Position numbers and translations under genes: made by a program. Positions 26,719 through 40,000 of a stretch of DNA of 64,000 nucleotides are shown piece by piece (positions within the stretch are counted from its first letter, which is position 1; every line of letters starts with the position of its first letter). The DNA is taken from assembly GCA_950097015.1 (NCBI GenBank), contig CATNEN010000038.1:26040001-26104000 (forward strand). Reading direction: 5' to 3'. A model generated the notes under the pieces. The model saw nothing but the letters and a program-made list of their open reading frames with translations. It made no database searches and was not told the origin of the DNA. The stretch is from Macrostomum hystrix (Eukaryota > Animalia > Platyhelminthes).

Positions 26719-28311
26719 TCATCGCGGACTAAGCCGGTAGCCCTCGGTTTCCGTGCCGTTGGCCAACTGGAATTCATGCCACTGCTTGGCACGCCGATGC
26801 CCGATCTCCCTGGCCTCCTCCTCCTCCTCCGACTCCGTGTCGCTGACGTAGGCCCCGGCCAGAAGGCTTGGCACAATGCCGGCGCATTTTGACAGCTTCA
26901 GCTTTTCGGGATGCCAGCTTCGCTCCGGCCCGCCGTCGGCGGAGTGGCCGCAGTCACAGCCGCAAAAGCATTTTGGATCTGGTTGATTCCTCAGCGCAAT
27001 GCTGACGCACGACGGAATGTAGGGATTCAATTCCTTCCGGCGGGACTCTGGGGATGGGTGTCAGGTACACATTGCTTCGTGTGGAAATACGAATGTTTGA
27101 CGGATCTTTAACTGCTAGGAAAACACGAGTCAGGATAATGTACCACTATCTACCACAAGAATTATCTACCACTGGATCTAATACTCATTAGGATTTAACA
27201 ACCAACTTCAACGAGAAATGTAAGTATCATTCGACCTACCGCCAACTGCAAAATTAAACAGAAGTACCAGTTCCGTAACAAGGCTAATTCTATTCACTCT
27301 GCCAAGACCTGCAGATGGTTTTTAGCTCGGGGTAGGGTCGCGCTACTCTTTCAAAACCCTTTCTAGTTGCAACGAAAGTTCGATTGTTTGACTGCTTTCC
27401 CTACCCTTGAAATTGTTAGGTTTTACCATAGACCTTTGACTAGCAGCATAGCTGGTATATGTACAGAATTTCTGTTCTCGGGGTCCTACACTGTCAATAG
27501 ATTCTCTTTGTTAAGTTTCTCTATTGAAGGCTATTTCTAAAATGGGCCAACTGCTGACAAGTGATGAGTCTGATGGAGCAATGTCTACATAATAAGAGTC
27601 GCCCAACGTCACCCATGAAGAGGTGGACGAGACGGCTGAAGACGCTCAGGAATGGGAAGCAGCAACTGAGGCGTGAGACAGGATTGACTATTCCCTTGCT
27701 TGCATGTTATTGGTTATGGTCAAGACTGAGCGGGGTTGACAGCCTAATTGTCCATCCGGATTCAACAAGTTTAAGTCAACGCGAGTCAACGATAAATCAA
27801 TTAATATTTAAATGTATGAAAGTCAACGAAAAATCATCGAATCATGGAAGATTGAATGCACGAGTGTAATGGTCGATGCTGTGTGAACAGAAGCTAAAAT
27901 AAACATATTGCTCCATTGGAGTCAAAGAATCGAACCCCCGACCTTCAAGTTGTGAGTCTGACTTTTTAACCACTCGTATATAAATATTGCGAGCCTACAC
28001 TTGAGGTGACCGCCTAAATTCTAAAACAGTAATATAATATTTTGAACAGCGTTTTACGCGTTCGGAGATGAAAAAATCTGCTTACTCTTCTTCCTTGGCC
28101 GGTCAGATTCTCTTCTAGGTGGACTTTGTTTTTCCGTTTTTATCGAGTCGACTGTGGTCTGCTCTGTCGACAGGTCACCAATGGACTCCGGCCTAGATTT
28201 TTGGCCTACCGAGGAGCTACTCTCAGCGTCCTGCTTCTTCTGCTGTTTCGACTTCGACTCGCTGCTCGCTTTGCCTCGCCCACGAAAAAAACATTTACAG
28301 AGCCTCTGCAT
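26719..28311 (-). CDS. Possible two-exon orphan gene (28311-28086, 27111-26719); needs a 1-nt correction in the G4 run at 27050-27053
   Basis: ATG-initiated ORF, GTAAGC donor, phase-compatible CAG acceptor, GC-rich coding-like second exon. No recognisable domain. Confidence 0.3.
27910..27975 (-). mobile_element. SINE family B head fragment
   Basis: AATCGAACCCCCGACCTTCAA is shared with 26636-26656. Confidence 0.65.
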
Positions 28312-29344
28312 GTTACACCAGGTTATCCAATTATTCTTTGGATAATTAAACGGATAATTAACGGATAATTAAACGATAATTAAACTTTTAAACGGAGTCT
28401 TAATAAATACAAATATCACACTTTTTAGCTCTTATGTCATGGACAGTAATATTGTATTATAATCGTAGAATTCCATTCTCAAGTCTATAATAAAGAATGA
28501 CGAATGCACGGGAAGTTTATGGCAGCGGTAAAAAACAGGCTGAGGCTGGTTTGGCTGGCAGCGATTGAGCAGCTTATTGTCGGCTGAGCACACCTTGTGA
28601 GTCCCCCTTTGGCCCCATACCCCTAGAAATAGAAATGATGAGTCAATTGTCCAGCTTATGGAGTGCAAATGTACAGAGAGTCTACTGCGACCGGTATGAA
28701 TACTTTAATGATATCATACGAGTTTTGTATCATTAGTTTGTTATTTTCATTTTGTTATAAATAGTCTATATTTTCGACGTCAATAAGTACGTTTTTCGAA
28801 ACGCAATGACTAAAAAACAGGTACATGTAGTCTCGAATGATTGAAGCAAAAAACTAGAACCGGACTTAGAAGCTAAAACTAGACTCAATCTCAGACACAT
28901 AAATTCGTGAAATTAAGCTTTCATGAAATTTCTTCGAGTTGGACAATTAGAAAAACGAAGTTTGATTTTGACAAAGCTTTCAATTGGCTTTCGTTTGAAA
29001 ATCGCATTTTGTCACGTGTATTTAAAAATCATCATGCCTCATTTTCAGCTATGAGAACTCTGTTTAACAGAAATGGAATGAACTCAAAGCAGAAAAACAT
29101 TTGGGCCTTATGTTTTTAGAAACTGCGAGTGTTTTTATTACGAAGCTATCAGATGAATGTAATTTAGGCGAATTTCATTAGTATCTACAACTTTTAATTA
29201 AAAAATGGTGAGCCTAGTTGCTTTAAAACCAATCTAAGCGACTAGTTGTAGAATTAGTTAGGTGAAAATAATATTTAAGAAACTGTTTAAATAATAACTT
29301 AGAGTTAAAACTCAATGCTTCTCAACTCTCAGCAAGACAGCCGT

Positions 29345-30312
29345 TCAATCGGACTTGTTCGCTCTATTCCATTTGACTTCGACAACTTTTTTGTGTTCGC
29401 CACCGAGCCCGAAGCTACCTAGATGGTCCTGCCCCAGGGCTACTGTTGCATCTTTAGTCGATACCGAAGCTGCTGCCGCGACGGATGCGGCAGCTGCGGT
29501 GGCCGCGGCGACAGCGGCAGCCGAGGCAGCGGCCTCTCTGAAGCTGTCCCGCCAGATGCGGGCCTCCTCACGACGCTTGCGAGCACGACGATTTTGAAAC
29601 CAGATTTTCACCTGAGGTAGGTAAATTAGTCGGATAGTTACTATCGCGAGTTTCTTTACTTTGTACACAATGCTGTCAGGGTAATTGTCTTGAGTATCAT
29701 TCAGTGCTCGGTGCATCATTTGAATGCACGCGCTTTTTCTCGCTTTTAGACAGACGCTTTTCATCCAACAATAACAGGAGACGCAAAATTAATTTTTGCT
29801 CCGTAGTACCTGTATAAGCTTTTTGGTGTAGCCATTTTGCTGCCCACATCGTCGTCATAGCAACGACTTTGCAAAAGCTAGAATCAGGGCTATTGCAAAA
29901 TTTCAGCTAAAGACCAGAATTCACGAGTTTAGACCTTTAAATTCATTAGATTAGATATCGCCATTTAAACCTGTCCACTCACTCGTGACTCGCTGATATT
30001 TAACAGTAGAGCCAACTGCCTGACCTCCAGTCCGCTTAGGTAAAGTGTGTCCTGAAACTTGGCCTCTAATAGTTGCACCTGTAGACGACTGAAGGGCACT
30101 CGTGGACTTCGATTCTTAACGACGCCAGAATTACCAATGCCGACGCAATTAATTGGCGTCCCGCCAGCAGTTGACGCTGCCACCAGCTCGAACCATCCGT
30201 TCAGCGATGACGGCGCCTGTGTTGGCTGATCCTGTTCGAGAATTCTGGCCATCGAGAATGGTAGGCGAGGAATACCACTGCGAGCTTGAGCTTCTTCGCC
30301 ACGGTTAGACAT
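29345..30312 (-). CDS. ANTP/NKL homeobox transcription factor, Msx-like (Msxlx-type), 198 aa; exons 30312-29983, 29611-29345
   Basis: eh1 motif LPFSMARIL. Homeodomain NRSPRVPFSRLQVQLLEAKFQDTLYLSGLEVRQLALLLNISESR|VKIWFQNRRARKRR with a phase-0 intron before VKIWFQN. Poly-Ala tail. PRVPF, YLSxxEV and SRVKIWFQNRRAR fit Msxlx better than Msx. Confidence 0.9.
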
Positions 30313-31645
30313 GCCGACTGAGCTGGTGGTGCTGCGAGACAGATTGAAGAGGCTTCACGGAAAATGGTTCCCGACAGGAGTGGGATATTTATCCTGCCAG
30401 CAAGAAAAAAGCAATTAAGACCGCTTGAGCTGCCAGTAGAGCATCAGGTGTCCAGCCCCCCGGTGTTGCTAATCAACATTTTTTCATTTGCTGGCGCAGT
30501 CTTCGGCTCCAATTACTTATCCAGCCCGACTGTCAGGCTGGCAGAGTGAGAACACCGAAAAATTGTCGAAAATTAGTCCCGCTAATCATCTCAGCTTTTG
30601 GCATTGCAGTCAGATTGCTTTTGGAAGCCTTGGTACAAGTGTACTCAAATCCAGCAGACTTATTTTCTTTGATTTTTAAAGCGATCAATGTCAAGTATAT
30701 AAAAACTCACTGCAACATTCCAAGCTGACGAGAGGGTCTTGAACGAGGCTCTGTTCGAGAGGGTGCAGCTGGAGCTTTTACTGGCGGACCGAGACGTACT
30801 GGGCCACAGCCTTCTCACGGCGTCATACTGCTCACCTTGCTGGGTCTGCTCAAGTGGGCACAGGCTCGCAATTTGAAGCTGTACTGTATCTTCTACGGCG
30901 CCAAAGTTCCTGAAACTTACCCGGAATCATTTGCTAGCAATCGAACTATTGTAGCTCATTTTTATTTACGAGTAATTTAGCAAGTGAGGATTCTAAACTA
31001 AAAACGTAAACGGCTATTTAAAAAAAAATTTTGCGCACTCGCTGAAAATACCGTTTTCACTTCCGTCGGACCCTCCTTTTGCGGCGCCAAATGATTTATA
31101 TTATTAGAATGGGGTTTTGCAGAATGGTCAAGCTCTACTAATTGCTGACGATATTATTAATGACCAGCCAGTCACTGCCACGAGTTGTTTGCTAGGCAAT
31201 TTAAAGTTTAATTCGCATCAGTGACAATCGCGAAAAATGCTAATCTAATTTTCGAAAATATTGATAAATGCGAAACAGTTTGCGATACAGAAGAGAATGG
31301 ATGCCAATTATAATGTAGCAAATGTTCGCAAGCAAGCCGCTAAGTGGCTATTTCGGATCTACATTGATAACAATTTCCTGTCGAGCTTAGCTGCATAGCG
31401 CCACAGTGTCTAGTCCATTGCAATAGATCAACGTTCATCGCTATTTGACAATCGTACTATAAAAACTGATCGCAGAGGGACTGCTGATGACTGCCAGCCG
31501 CTTGCTAGAGGCAATTTCAAGCAACGTTCGTGATTCAGAACGGCGATAACTAGTTTGTGCTTATTCTAAAATAATTATTTGCGAAACTGCGGCACTGCGT
31601 TCTGAAATAAACTTGTCTCAAAAGTCGTTTACAGGAGCAAAGCGA

Positions 31646-34600
31646 ATGAAGTAAGATATTTTACTATTTCAACTGTTTTTCATTATGCTTCCTAATAATT
31701 TTAAGTGCAACTACAGGCAACAAGCAAAATTTTTTGGTGAGATATATCACCTTAACAATAATAATAACTGCAGGAGGGCTGCAGGCAATGGCACATCGTT
31801 AAGTGACACTAAACCCGCAGCCAGCGAGGAGGCAATTCTGCCCATTTCGCTGTCTCCTGAGCACACACGCACACAGATACTGTACGCAGGCACACACTCA
31901 CACAGGTGTGTACATCAGCCCTGACTTTCTCATCGTCAGGCAGTGTACACTTCACTGTACAAGCTGTACACTTCACCTTGGAGGTTGGCCCTCAAGGGCG
32001 TAAATTGCACGACAAGCTCCCAAGCCTTCTCTCCGCGGCTGCGCCCCAAATAAATGTGGCCTCGTTGTGGAATCGAACTTAGAAACCATGGTGCGAGAGG
32101 CAAACGCGTTAACCGCTCTGCCACCGACCCCCTTGATACATCACCTTGTTATCAAGATAATTTTTTAAATAGTTTTTATTCCATTTAGGAACATTGAAAA
32201 TAGTAAAGTTACTTGCTTCACGAAGTAAGATCCGGGTAGATATACTCACCTGTCTGAGTGTGTGCCTGCGTACGGTATCTTTGTGTGCTCAGGAGTCAGC
32301 GGTCTGGGCAGAACTGCCTCGCGCCTCCTCGCTGGCTGCGGGCTTGCTATCACCTGAGCTATCACCTCCAGTCATCTCCTGAAAATAAAAATTGACTTTG
32401 AAGTCAAATTTAAATAAACGCGTAATTCACCTTCCAGGACAGTGTTACTTATCTGTGCTGTCATATTGACAGCCAAAGCGGACACTCGTGTCACCTTCGA
32501 GGGTTCGCAGCTGAGCAAGTTCAAAAACGGCGTCGGCATCGCTGTCGATCTGCCGCTGTCCAACGTTGTCAGCAGTGTAACGATTGACTTCAATAGCTTA
32601 GGTGAGTCTTGACATAGTTGATGATTTGACAATCTTTTTTATCACTAACTGAGAATAGCCTACGATTTCGCGGTACAGTCTGCCAAGCCACACCGACGTT
32701 CGAGGATACGGTGGAAAGAGAGCTCTGTCTAGATTTAAGCTTATCAAAGTGCGACATGCGGTGTTCGAGTGAGTTATTGGGTTCATACACAGATTGCAGC
32801 TATATAATAACTAATACAATCTGTGATAAAAGAGAGTAAAGAAATTATATTGATTTTGCAGATGGAACAGCCTATTCAATCGACGATGGTGAGTTTTCTG
32901 CTCCCCTGGACAATCTGTGTTGTTCGTCAGTTGCTCTCCATCAGAAAAGCAACAAAAATGACGATAAAAATGACTATGCACCTTTGCGTACTAGTTTGAA
33001 AGTAGTTCGGAATTAGTTTGCGTACATAGAGGACCCCTCATCTACTATCAAACCACTTTTGCAGCCGTGAGATTTGTAACATTGTTCGTTGTTCGAGCTG
33101 ACCTGAGTTGCGATCGAGACGCCAACACTCGGTTGCAGTGTCAGCACGAGAACACAGAAGCCAATCGCATGCTGCTGAGCTGTCCACGAGAGCTCGTCAA
33201 TTTCCTGCTCATCCGATCGCCGTTTCCTGTCAAGTCCGTCACTGTGACCTACCCGGAGTATCCAAGGACCTGGGTGGCTCCGGAGGTAAGATCTGTTTCT
33301 TAGGCTAATTAGTTAGTTTTTTTTAATAGAACATTCTTTCAAATCAATTAGTGACACCTGCACCTCCCACAGTGGCAGCAAGAGGCCGCGAATATCCTGA
33401 AGGAAACGACATCGATCTCAATGAGCAACACCGGCGCCTATTTGGAACTGTCCGGTCCCGACACATTTCCAGTGCTGATGGCCAACTTGCCGAAGCCTAA
33501 CGACAAACCACCTTGTCACCAGAACGTATTCATGGCCGGATTGCGGTTCTCCGCTGCGAATGGAGGCGGTCGACTGTTGGCCCTGTCTACCACGCAGCAC
33601 TACGACAATCGACACGAAGGTTTGCTGTCCGGCTCAATTGCTTGGCTAGCCGGTGCGACCACGTCATCGTCGGTGCAAGTTTCCCACGTTACAAGCTCGA
33701 CAATCGAGAGCGCCAAGCAGGTCTACGTGTGGCGAGTGCCAAACTTTCACCAGTCGGCAACCTCTAGCGAGGTTGATTCCATTGTCTCCCAGCTAACCCA
33801 AAAACTGGCTCAGGGACGCGGTGTGCTGATCTTCTTCGGAGAAGGAACTCGCTGGCCAACTGTAGAAAAGTTCCTTGAGGCTCATGGCATGCACTTTACT
33901 GTGGAAACAGTTAACGAGGCCGATCGACAGCTGACGATTAGCAACCGAATCGCTAATCGCCTCCTCAGGGTGTACAAGTCGCTGCGCGTCATTCTAACGG
34001 ACATGATTGTCAACGAGCTTCACTGGGATCGTAATCCAAACTTTATCCAGGACAAGCAAATTCTAACTCGCAACTGTCGAGACGATGTCAGACTGAGAAG
34101 TGGCATCGAGGCTTCCAAGTTCCAGACGCTGGTGTCACAAGCCTTGTGCAACAACAAAGACGTGCTGTCGTTTGTACCATGTACCTTTCATCAAGCTTGC
34201 TTGGATAACACTTGTGGCACTGTTGTAGCCAGCGGTCGGCCCTGCAACAACAAGCTGAGTCACTTTGGCTTCATCAACCAGCTTCTAAACTTCCTGACAG
34301 AAGCTCCAGCATGCCTCTCGCAGTACGATACGGCGGGTGTGCACCCGGGACCGGTGCGAAACTTGGCCAGACGGATTGGCAATTATCGCGTCCGAATAGG
34401 CAAAGCGGCGACAACACCCGATCGCTCTCTGTCATGGGACTCGCGTGTGTCTGAAGCTGGCATGGCCTATGGCAACCCGACCGGAGGCAATCGCCGAGAT
34501 CTTTTGAGCACCGGCGTTTATTTACCTGCTCTGACGAGAGCCCGAGTTCGAGTTGTGTCCTCCAGACCCTCTGGTAGCCGGCTCGAACTAACAGTGGGTC

Positions 34601-36076
34601 ACAATCTGGACACCATGGCGGGTCTTGGTTGGTACGGCGAGCGCATTTGTCAGGCCCGGCCCTGGTTGGATATGGCCAAAAGCTACGCTTTGAGTGAAAA
34701 TCCGTCACAAAATGTAGAGCTGTTCTCGCCGTTTGGTGGCCTGATCCATGTGCTGTACGCCCTGCCAAATCGAGTGACGAACTATGATACGGAGGAAATC
34801 AGCATTGAGCTCGAGTTTCACAACGTTGTCCAGGCGCCGTACGTTGACTTCAAGCTGGCGGCGGTGTCACCTCGCGAACATCTGGCGGACGCTGCGTCCT
34901 ACGATGTCAGCCCGGCTCCATGGGGTGAATTTCGCAGTGGTTTTGCCATTCTTGGTGCTCCAAGAAGTGGCTTCGCTCGAGTGGATAGCAACACTTTGCG
35001 CGCTATGCACTTTATTGAGAAGGCAGCTCGTCTGTCTGTGTTGATCGGTGGACCAAACTTTGGACATTGGAGGCTACAGGGTCAGCAACGGGTGCACTCC
35101 GACACCGACCTGCAGTGTCTAAATGTCAAGTGTCGCGGCTACAGCGGAAACCCACTGTACATCTATGTTGATTATCCCAGCGATAGGCACAACACCGATT
35201 CACCTGTTGGAAGTCTGCTAGACGGAGCAGCCCTTGAAGCTGATAGAGCCCCGGTAGGTTCAAAGCATTCAATATTGATAATTAATCTGATTTCGTAGTA
35301 ATGTAACAGGGATTTTTTTTTATAAGGAAAATAATGCTAAATTTTATCCTAAATTTCGTGCGCAGAACTCGCGCGATGTGTTCTACCATGAGTTGGGTCA
35401 CAACTACTCGCCAATGTCGCTAATGTTTGGCATCGAGAATCGCGAAGTAGCAGCCGATTTTATCTTGGTGATGCTGCGTCGCTATCTGCACGACTTGGAT
35501 CTGACCAATTCGCCCTTCCTGTTTAATAGGTACTACAATTACCATGTACCAGTGAGTGACAAGTCTCAGTGTCAAGCAGCCACATCCTACGATTGGACGC
35601 GCGTGCCAACAACTGGCACAGCTCTGTCTGACCTTTTTCCAGCGCTAATCATCATTAACTACTTCGGCTTAGATGTTTTATCCGATGCGCTGCGAATGTA
35701 CCTCTACTATTACACTAGAGAGCCGTTACAGGCCGAGCATCGAACCAGGGCCGCCTCGGCAGTGCTCTCAAACATCACCGGCTACAATCTGCAGCCGGTA
35801 TTTGCCTTCTTCAACTATCCGATTGATCCGCACCTGTCAACTGGGCGGCCAAGCTTTGATCAGTTTCTTGTTCAGGAGAGCCGTTTGCAAGCGTTCTTCC
35901 CGAGCGAGAGCTGGGTCGCCAGTTGTCTGCCAGACAGGCTGCACTCGATCCAGCAGCGCTTCGGTGGCAAGCTGGTTCGCGGCGACCGACCTGCGACGGT
36001 TGACGGCATCTTTAATCGGGCCTACTTCACTGAAGAATCACCGCATCTGTTCTCCAGGGAGAGAATACGCGCCTGA
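31646..36076 (+). CDS. Secreted M60-like (PF13402, TCAF/FAM115/enhancin-related) zinc metallopeptidase, ~1002 aa; exons 31646-31650, 32438-32601, 32862-32888, 33065-33285, 33373-35253, 35366-36076
   Basis: Phase-consistent GT-AG junctions give the signal peptide MKTVLLICAVILTAKA. TCAF/M60 motifs STGVYLP, SPFGGLIH, APWGE, YSGNP and gluzincin HELGH-x14-E. Confidence 0.85.
31754..32134 (-). mobile_element. SINE family A, full length with 13-bp TSD
   Basis: A box GGTGGCAGAGCGG, B box AGTTCGATTCC, (ATT)n tail. Flanked by GATATATCACCTT (31741-31753) and GATACATCACCTT (32135-32147). Confidence 0.9.
32226..32370 (+). mobile_element. SINE family A 3'-half fragment
   Basis: GAGTGTGTGCCTGCGTAC..GTGTGCTCAGGAGTCAGC..GCCTCCTCGCTGGCTGCGGG. 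Confidence 0.75.
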
Positions 36077-37001
36077 CCGGTAACTGCATGGCAACTCGGT
36101 TGTGTCGAAGAAGGAACGGGCAATGAGGAATCTACCTATAGCGATGGACGCTGATATTTTGTTTTAAACTATGATTGACGATGTGCTACTACCAAGGATT
36201 ACTAAAGCGCAGATAAATGAAACTTACAGCTTTTTAGAAAAATTGTTGTTGTGCCGATGGATTAGATGAAAAAGGCTGCCTAAATCAATTAAACAACTTA
36301 CTGAAAAAACACTTCATGAATAAAGCAAATTCTAACGTTTTAATCTTCACGTTAAACACATATAATATTGCTGTTACCTTCCTAATATTTACGTCAATCA
36401 AAGAATAAACAGAGAAATTTGAGTTGCATGTCTGAAAAGTTAATATTTTTTATACGTTAGCTTTTTAGATAATTAAAAGCAAATTCTTTACGACTAATAC
36501 ATGTTAAAGAGCTGTAGCATAGCGCAAACACGAGTGTGCTTTCTTAAAAAAACAATTAATATACTTTGGTAGTTGTTACAATAAGCAGTATAATTTTAAA
36601 AGTTTTTGTTAGACATACATTTGGGTTTTTCGATTGTGCTCGATAATAAAGAAAAAGGATATATATAGTTAGCAATGTACCTGAGGCAGTTAATTTAAAA
36701 AGGTGTGAGATTTTTTAATTCTTATTTATTTAATAACGTATTAAGACAAGTTACAAAAAGTGCTCACATTTGTAAGTGAATATTGCTGTTAGTTTTATAT
36801 TTATTCGAACATGTTTCTCAAACTATAATATTTGTTAATTCGTTGTCTTGAATGAAAGAATTAATACACTGTATATATGAACATTGCCTTAAACGCACGG
36901 AGAGATAACTTGCCGGTGTTAAAATATTGATTGAGAGAAAGTTTCCGGAGATGAGCATAAATATGTCATGTTTTTTAGCACCATAGAGCAGCAGCTTGGC
37001 C

Positions 37002-40000
37002 CTACCTATAGATGACCAGGTGCACCAGAAGGCTGCATGCGGGAATCTCGTCGCCGAATAGGTCGCACAGCGCCACGCTTCGATAGCCGCTGCGCAATAG
37101 TCTGATTGGTCGAGCAAACTGACCAATCACCATGCGGTCCTGCCAAGACTCCGTTTCCATGTAGACAGCAATGCGCAGAATACTGTTCTCAGGACAGTCG
37201 CCAACGTTCAGGTAACAATCGCGATAGACAGGATTCAAACCGTTGTCAGCTACCACAGAGCTTCGGCAACAAGTGTTGCACAGTTCGGCTTCGACGTAGC
37301 TGCTGGTGATGCGTGGCGAGGTCCTTGGCAATCGGCGCCCGGCTATGACGCGCAGCTCTACCGTCGCATTGCGTGCCAGCTGCTGCTTCTGCTCCTCCTC
37401 CAGCTGCTCCTTGTAAAACTCCGGCTTCAAGACGTAGCCGCAGCCACCGTTGTCAGCGAACAGAGCCCGGTTCAGCAGCATGGCCCGGTCGCTGGTCTGC
37501 CAGTTCAGGGCAACCATCTGGCAGCCCAGCTCCCAAGCAGGCAGAGGATTGAAGTTTGACGACTTGAAGCGCGTTGTCTGAGGAAGAGTAGTTAGATAAT
37601 TGATCCGAAACTCTATGTTAAAATTTAAATTCCCAAGACACACAAACACATTCAAGTGAACATCCAAAATGCCTTCTTTCCACTGCTTTAAAATAAAATG
37701 TGCTAGTACAAACACCGGGAACACTAGGTCGCAAAGCAAATACGTCCTGAATAACTATTTACCATAAAAAATAAATAATTGCAGGAGGGCTTGTAGGCAA
37801 TCGGCAGCCAGCGAGGAGTCTGGTGTCGATCGCTAGGATTCTAGCGATTCCGCCTGATCCGAAGAATCTCGAGCACAAACCTACTCAGATCCGCAGGTAC
37901 TCGCTCTGCCACTTTAAAGTCAGAGTACGTGACTTACCTTAGGATAAACCCTGACCAGCTGGTTCAGTGTGAAATCGCGGATGTTCCTCGCCAACTGACA
38001 ATTGAGATTTTTCGGCAGTCGCGTCTCCGACACGCTGACCATCTCGTAGAATTTCGACCGCATGAAACGAATTCTCTGGTCCTGCGCTCGAATTGGCACG
38101 CAGTAGACCACCAGGTCGCTTAGTCGCTGCGAGATTCGCTCCCTGCGCATGCTGCCGCTCTCGCCAATGGCACGGTCGAAGCACTTGTACTTGCGTAGCT
38201 GAGCTTCAATCTGCTTGATCCATTCGACCAGGTCATTCTCCGATGGAGCTTGCATGACAAGCTGATGATTGCCTGATACGGCATCGCCGGACAGGGAGTG
38301 AAACTCGATGCATAACCTGCAGAAATTCTGATCATCCTTGTCTGGTTGAGGTATGTACACGCGATAGATGCCTCGCACCGAGATGCTCATCTCCACGTAC
38401 TCGCCTGTGTTGCAGGGCTCCAGGAGACGAGCTGGCACGAGGCCGCGAATCCCGGTTGACTCCAAGGTGCCCATGAGCCAGTCTGGCGCTATAGGCGTCA
38501 CACCGACTAAAATGTCACCCTGGCTGAAGCTCAACTCGTCAGCGCCTTGAGCACTGTAGGAATCGATGGCCCGCATTGTCACGTCTTGATTGTCATCGAG
38601 AAGAGCCTGTGCGAGAAGTACACTTTTGTAAATAAGCTGCGTGAGCTTGTACTACTAGGAAGCTGCCAAATCCATCCAAATTTCTGTCAATTTTACAGCT
38701 AGGTGAACTGAAGCAATAAAGAATGACGTTTCTTTCTTACTTTGACTATTCTTAATTGGATAAGATTCGAACTCTCGACCAAAGTCCAAGTCAGAAGGCT
38801 AAAGTTTAAAAAGTTTCCTAACCGATAAACAAAGGTACAAAAACGATTTTAACCTAACCTCATCTGCACCAGTGTCCATCCTAATGAGACTGTGATAGTC
38901 GTTCTCGCAGACAACCCTGGTTTCCACGCTGCGTACACCTGTCTGAATAGTAACCATTGTGAAAGAATACATTTATTTTGGGTTAGCCATTCTTTAACAG
39001 TAGATAGACCACAAGGTGGATTTCAAATAACCACTGCATACTTCAAGATAAATCGAAATTTTCCGCTTTTTACTATGAACTAACTTTCAAAGCATCGTCG
39101 AGATACAGCGGAAAATTTTAGCCCTTGTTCTGAATTATTAATGCGATTGGTTGGATAGTTTTAGAGCTTTTTAGTGAATTTTTAAAGAAGATAATGAGCT
39201 GGATATTTAAACCCCCGGGTCTTTCATCAGATAAATATTCTATCCATTCACTTTTGCGAGTGAGTCTGACTTACGTATAGACCTTAAAAATTAGACTGAA
39301 TGAAAAATGGCAAACACTTACAGTGGATATTTTTTGCACAGACTCTTGATTAGTCGGATACCTTAGCCGAATATTGCGATAAATGGGCTGCTCCACAAAG
39401 TGATTGATCAGTCGGGGCAGCGAGTCGAATTCTGGAAAGTTCCCCATCATAGACTTGCCGTTTCGGCAACTTATCAGGCAGCGCTTAATCTCTCTTTCAG
39501 CCCTGCAAGTTAAAGGGAGCAATATAAAAGTAAAGTAAAGGCGCTTTATTAAAAGAAGTCTTGTCCACTTGTCGCCGGAAAAATAACTTGTCGGTTGAGA
39601 GGGAGCGCCACAGTTTATTTGCCCTTTTTTAAGACTCCCGTTGTATAATAATATTTGCAGGAGGAATGCCACATTATTTGGTGACAATAGACCCACAGTA
39701 GACCCAAGCTCACACAGGGTGTGTACACCTGCCCTGACTTTCTCATCGTCAGGCAGTGTACACTCTCACTGTGCCTTGGAGATAGGCTCTTAAGGTCGTA
39801 AATTGCAAGACAAGCCCCCAAGCCTTCTCTCATGGCTTCGCCTCAAATGAATGTGGCCTCGCCGCGGAATTGAGCTCATGGACATTGGCGCGAGAGGCAA
39901 ACACGTTAACAGCCCTGCTGCACTGAACCCCAAAAGTCAGGGCCGATGTACACCCTGTGTAATAGTGTGCCTTCATTCGTTAGTTGTGTGATATGTGCTC

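Noticed and set aside
30730-30920. GC-rich coding-like patch upstream of the homeobox gene
   Set aside because: Frameshifted, short, and no recognisable motif.
31812-31835. GCCTCCTCGCTGGC in SINE A (minus strand), identical to the HDV ribozyme P3/L3
   Set aside because: A weak P1 is possible (GCCTGCG/TGCGGGT), but the P1.1 GG, the J4/2 C-x-A-A and the P2 3' strand are missing; the segment is better explained by the SINE 3' hairpin.
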